From Alphaproteobacteria bacterium (lineage in GTDB: Bacteria > Pseudomonadota > Alphaproteobacteria > MPNO01), in the NCBI GenBank assembly GCA_965248835.1, contig CBDFLJ010000001.1, forward strand, positions 2,080,001-2,144,000: a DNA stretch of 64,000 nucleotides, written 5' to 3'. How positions within the stretch are numbered: the first letter of the stretch is position 1; the number at the start of each line of letters is the position of its first letter. The notes under the pieces are model-generated. The model saw only the letters and a list, made by a program, of their open reading frames with translations, ran no database searches and was not told the origin of the DNA. This document shows positions 59,989-64,000 of the stretch, piece by piece. The translations under genes were made by a program, and so were the position numbers.

Positions 59989-61404
59989 TCAAATGCCGGT
60001 TTCCGCCGAAGGCGGGGCCGGGATGGCCGGCAGAACCGCTTCGACGGCCGCGCTCAACGCCAGCAACGCACGGTCGCTCCCTGCCGGGCCGTCAAGTTCC
60101 ATGCCGATCGGCAGACCGTCGGCGGAGAGACCGGCCGGCAGGGTGACGCCGGGAAGGCCGGCAAGGCTGGAAGGTCCAGTATTGCGAATGAAGGTCTGGA
60201 AGGTCGGGACCCGTTCGCCGTTCAGCTCGACCGTCTCGTCCTCGCCGATGGGTGCGGCGGGGAGCGGCGTTGTCGGAAAGATCGCCGCGATCAGATCGTT
60301 CGACGCGAAATAATCGGCATAGGCGGCGCGGAGCGCCGGCCGCGTCTGCGTGAGCGCCTCGCGGTAGATCGGCTCTGGAATGGCGCCCTCGGGCGTCAGC
60401 AGGCTTTGCAGGAGGCCCTGGACATCCGGGCTGCCCGCGGCGGCCGCAAGGCCGGCAAAATCGAGCGACAGGCCGCTTCCCGAAAGATACCGGTTCAGTT
60501 CGACCACGGTCTCGAACAGGGCGATCGGAAATCCCGCCGCCTCATCCAGTTTCGGAACCTCGGCCATCTCCGCTTCGACCAGAACGGCTCCCGCCGTTGC
60601 GAGCGCGGCCAGCGCCTCGTCCGCCACGCGCGCGGTTTCGGGATCGAGGTCCTCGTAGAAATGGGCGCGCGGGACGCCGATTCGGGCGCCTTTCAGGGAT
60701 AGGTCCGGCAGATCGTCCGGCGCCCCGGTAATGACGCTGTCGAACAGAGCCAGGTCCTCGACCGAGCGCGCGAGCGGCCCGGCTGTATCCCGCGTATTGG
60801 AGATCGGGACGATGCCGGCTTGCGCATATCTTCCGGTCGTCGGGCGCAGCCCCGCCACGCCGCACAGCGCAGCCGGGATCCGCACCGACCCGCCGGTGTC
60901 CGTGCCCATCGCAACCGGCGCCAGCCGGGCAGCGACGGCGGCGGCGGAGCCGCCGCTGCTGCCGCCCGGGATCCGGGCGGGGTCGTAGGGATTGCGCGCC
61001 GCACCGAAGGCGCTGTTGTTCGACGTGATGCCGAAGGCGAGCTCGTGCATGTTGAGCTTGCCCATGACGTAGGCGCCCTCGTCAATGAGCCGCTGGAGGA
61101 CGGGTGCATTCTGGGCCGGGCGGTGATCGCGCAGGCCGGGGGTGCCGCCGGTTGTCGGCATGTTGTCGGTATCGAAATTGTCCTTCACGGGCACCGGCAG
61201 CCCGGCCAGGCGGCCGCCGGCTCCCGATGCCGCGCGCGCCGCGGCGTCGAGCACCTGCTCCGGATCAAGATGGATGAAGGCGTTCAGCCCACCGGCGCGC
61301 TCGCATTGCGCCAGCAGCGCTTCGGCGTATTCGCGGGCGGAAATACGCCCGTCGCCGATCTCGCGCAGCGCCTCCGACGCGGTCCAGTCTGCAGTATGAC
61401 TCAC
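59989..61404 (-). CDS. Amidase-signature enzyme, indoleacetamide hydrolase-like
   Basis: [38 protein letters not shown]; C-terminal [19 protein letters not shown]. Confidence 0.88.
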   Translation of the reverse strand: MSHTADWTASEALREIGDGRISAREYAEALLAQCERAGGLNAFIHLDPEQVLDAAARAASGAGGRLAGLPVPVKDNFDTDNMPTTGGTPGLRDHRPAQNAPVLQRLIDEGAYVMGKLNMHELAFGITSNNSAFGAARNPYDPARIPGGSSGGSAAAVAARLAPVAMGTDTGGSVRIPAALCGVAGLRPTTGRYAQAGIVPISNTRDTAGPLARSVEDLALFDSVITGAPDDLPDLSLKGARIGVPRAHFYEDLDPETARVADEALAALATAGAVLVEAEMAEVPKLDEAAGFPIALFETVVELNRYLSGSGLSLDFAGLAAAAGSPDVQGLLQSLLTPEGAIPEPIYREALTQTRPALRAAYADYFASNDLIAAIFPTTPLPAAPIGEDETVELNGERVPTFQTFIRNTGPSSLAGLPGVTLPAGLSADGLPIGMELDGPAGSDRALLALSAAVEAVLPAIPAPPSAETGI

Positions 61405-61724
61405 GACAGCTTCCCTTTGTTGTGGGTCGGCGCGCAATGTTGATCTCTATGCTTACGTAATATCAATCACTTAACGCGCCGATCGGCGCCGAACCGATGC
61501 GCCGGCTCACACCCGGTGCGATGCTTCTGCTGCCGGTGACGGAGGCTCAACGAAACCATGAATGTCGATTGGGCGTAGTCGAGGCGACCTTCACACCCGT
61601 CGCGCACTTCGACGCACGGCTTGACACCTCTGTGAGCGTCATGACCGAAAGCGCCCTTGCGCCGCCTCGAGACCGCCGAGGCGGTCATCACCGACAAGCG
61701 CACGATGCACGCGCTCGCCCGGCC

Positions 61725-61759
61725 GGCGGTCGAGGACTGCGCACAGCCGCTCGACCGCC
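61725..61759 (-). terminator. GC-rich hairpin downstream of GST
   Basis: GGCGGTCGAG...CTCGACCGCC stem; no clear U-tract. Confidence 0.4.
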
Positions 61760-61774
61760 GCGCCGTGCCGCCTG

Positions 61775-62500
61775 TTAGGCGGCCGCGCCGCCCTGCTGCG
61801 CCTGGGTCTTGCCGTAGAGCAGCTCCCAGGCCTTGTCGGAATAGCCGGGGCCGGCGCGCCGATGCTCCGCCAGCGTCTCGACCGCCTTGGCCACCGCCGG
61901 CCGCGCGGCGATCTTGTCGCGCCAGGCTTTCACCCGCGGATAGCGGTCTATCTCCACCCCCTGGTTCTCGGGGAAGCGAAGCCAGGGGAAGATAGCCATG
62001 TCGGCGATGGTGTACGCGCCCGCCGCCACCCAATCGCGCCCGTCCAGCCGCTTTTCCAGCACGCCGTAGAGACGGTTGGCCTCATTGACGTAGCGGTCGA
62101 TGCCGTATTGCAGCTTCTCGCGCTCGAAGCGCTGCGGGGCGTAGTTGTTGAAGTGGTGCGCCTGGCCCAGCATGGGACCGATCCCGCCCATCTGCCACAT
62201 CAGCCATTGCAGGGTGTCGTAGCGCGGCTCCGGATCGGTCGGCAGGAAACGGCCCGTCTTGTCGCCGAGATAGATCAGGACCGCCCCGGACTCGAAGACC
62301 GCGATCTCCTTGCCGCCGGGTCCGTCGCGGTCGACGATCGCCGGCATCTTGTTGTTCGGGCTGATCTTCAGGAATTCGGGGTCGAACTGGTTGCCTTCCA
62401 TGATGTTGATCGGGTGCACGGTCCATTCCAGCCCGCACTCTTCCAGCATGATATGGACCTTGTGCCCGTTCGGCGTGGGCCACGTGTAGCAGTCGATCAT
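61775..62500 (-). CDS. Glutathione S-transferase, YfcG/Nu class
   Basis: TPNGHKV, ISPNNKMPAIVD, FESGAVL, WQMGGIGPMLGQAHHF, YTIADMA. Confidence 0.93.
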   Translation of the reverse strand: MIDCYTWPTPNGHKVHIMLEECGLEWTVHPINIMEGNQFDPEFLKISPNNKMPAIVDRDGPGGKEIAVFESGAVLIYLGDKTGRFLPTDPEPRYDTLQWLMWQMGGIGPMLGQAHHFNNYAPQRFEREKLQYGIDRYVNEANRLYGVLEKRLDGRDWVAAGAYTIADMAIFPWLRFPENQGVEIDRYPRVKAWRDKIAARPAVAKAVETLAEHRRAGPGYSDKAWELLYGKTQAQQGGAAA

Positions 62501-62601
62501 TCGCCTTTTCCCTGGGTTCGGTTCGGGGTGGTCTGGCTCGAAACTAGGGCGCGGCGCCCGCCCGGGCAATTCGCCGGGGCCTATTCCGGTCCGGACATGC
62601 C

Positions 62602-64000
62602 TCAGGCGTGGAGCCTGGCGCGCAGGATGTCGTTGACCGCCTTGGGGTTGGCCTTGCCCTTGGTCGCCTTCATGACCTGGCCGACGAAGAAGCCGAAGAG
62701 CCTTTCCTTGCCCGATCGGTATTCGACCACCTTGTCGGCCTGGCTGGTGAGAATCTCGTCGACCACCGCCTCGATCGCGCTCGCGTCGGTGACCTGCCTG
62801 AGGCCGCGCGACTCGACGATGGCGGCGGCGTCCTCGCCGGTCTCGACCATGGCCTGGAAGACATCCTTGGCGATGCGCCCGGAGATCGTCCCGTCGGCGA
62901 TCAGGTCGAGCAGCCCGCCGAGTGCGGCGGCGCTCACCGGGGATTCCGCGATCGAGATCCCGGCCCTGTTGAGCGCCCCGAACAGGTCGTGGATCACCCA
63001 GTTTGCCGCAAGCTTCGCATCGCGCCCGTGCGTGACGGCCTCGAAATACTCGGCGTTCTCGCGCTCGGCGACCAGGACGTCCGCATCCTCGGCCGTCAAC
63101 CCGAACGCCGCAACGAAGCGCGCGCGCTTGGCATCGGGAAGCTCCGGCAACGCGGCGCGGATGCGGGCGATCCGCTCCTCCGAAAGCTCGACCGGCAGCA
63201 GGTCGGGGTCGGGAAAATAGCGGTAATCATGCTCTTCCTCCTTGCTGCGCATCGGCCGGGTCACCCCGCGCGCATCGTCGAACAGCCGGGTCTCCTGGGC
63301 GACCGCCCCGCCGCCCTCGATCACTTCGATCTGGCGCCGGGCCTCGTAATCGGCGGCCTGGCGGATAAAGCGGATCGAGTTGAGGTTCTTGATCTCGCAG
63401 CGCGTGCCGAGATCCCCGCCCGGCCGGCGGACCGAGACGTTGACGTCCGCGCGCAGCGAGCCCTCCTGCATGTTGCCGTCGCAGGTCCCGAGATAGCGCA
63501 GGATCGAGCGCAGCTTCGTCATATAGCAAGCCGCCTCCTCGCCCGAGCGCATGTCGGGCTCCGAGACGATCTCCATCAGCGCGACCCCGGCGCGGTTGAG
63601 ATCGACCAGGGTGCGCCTGGGATCCTGGTCGTGCAGGCTCTTGCCGGCGTCCTGTTCCAGGTGCAGCCGGGTGATGCCGACCCGGCGGGTCGTACCGTCC
63701 TCGAGCACGATGTCGAGATGGCCGCGGCCGACGATCGGCCTCGAATATTGCGAGATCTGATAGCCCTGCGGCAGATCGGGATAGAAATAGTTCTTGCGGT
63801 CGAACACCGAGACCCGGTTGATCTCGGCCGCCAGCCCGAGACCGGTGCGCACGGCCTGCTCCAGGCAGTGCTCGTTGACCACCGGCAGCATGCCCGGCAT
63901 TGCCGCATCGACCAGCGAGACCTGGCTGTTGGGCGCGGCGCCAAAACCGGCCGCGGCACCGGAAAACAGCTTCGATGCCGCCGTGATCTGGGCATGGACC
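62602..64000 (-). CDS. gatB: Asp/Glu-tRNA amidotransferase subunit B (5' end outside window)
   Basis: [69 protein letters not shown]. Confidence 0.98.
   Translation of the reverse strand, partial: VHAQITAASKLFSGAAAGFGAAPNSQVSLVDAAMPGMLPVVNEHCLEQAVRTGLGLAAEINRVSVFDRKNYFYPDLPQGYQISQYSRPIVGRGHLDIVLEDGTTRRVGITRLHLEQDAGKSLHDQDPRRTLVDLNRAGVALMEIVSEPDMRSGEEAACYMTKLRSILRYLGTCDGNMQEGSLRADVNVSVRRPGGDLGTRCEIKNLNSIRFIRQAADYEARRQIEVIEGGGAVAQETRLFDDARGVTRPMRSKEEEHDYRYFPDPDLLPVELSEERIARIRAALPELPDAKRARFVAAFGLTAEDADVLVAERENAEYFEAVTHGRDAKLAANWVIHDLFGALNRAGISIAESPVSAAALGGLLDLIADGTISGRIAKDVFQAMVETGEDAAAIVESRGLRQVTDASAIEAVVDEILTSQADKVVEYRSGKERLFGFFVGQVMKATKGKANPKAVNDILRARLHA

Noticed and set aside
59989-61404. 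gatA, given proximity to gatB
   Set aside because: Lacks GatA-specific motifs, lies downstream of gatB in a transporter operon, and resembles IaaH-type amidases.
61530-61715. Possible LysR HTH relic (TASAVSRR)
   Set aside because: Similarity is too short and degenerate to support.
1-64000. CRISPR array, rRNA, retron/group II intron RT, intact integrase
   Set aside because: No regularly spaced short repeats, no rRNA-like tract, no RT motifs seen; recombinases appear only as fragments.

Overview
GC-rich bacterial DNA, probably alphaproteobacterial (inferred from IS types, TRAP/ABC content and gatB/GST context). The right end is core genome: partial gatB, a YfcG-type GST, and tRNA-Ser(GCT) at 53274-53366. 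Most of the sequence left of the tRNA is an eroded genomic island. It holds intact transport and catabolic operons (3 TRAP systems, an NMT1-type ABC system, 2 Mo-hydroxylase large subunits, UbiD, cupin dioxygenase, HMPD-decarboxylase-like class II aldolase, D-aminoacylase, LLM and TauD enzymes) among many IS relics (IS1182, IS5, IS66, IS21, IS630, IS3, IS1380) and gene scraps (serine recombinases, E1/ThiF, Ogt, MetE-like, lysozyme, autotransporter). Between the tRNA and the GST lie a relaxase scrap, a second LLM gene and an amidase/ABC operon. Two things stand out. (1) Five pairs of diverged repeats, all direct (~83, ~255, ~1760, 114 and ~125-145 bp), bracket cargo blocks, some abut end-to-end, and many gene chimeras join at short shared motifs. 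(2) A ~30 kb cargo flanked by the 1.76 kb repeats, with no regulator visible, encodes a putative uncharacterised (N-hetero)aromatic acid degradation pathway. No CRISPR array, rRNA, reverse transcriptase or intact integrase was seen. All family calls come from motif recognition by eye, not database searches.
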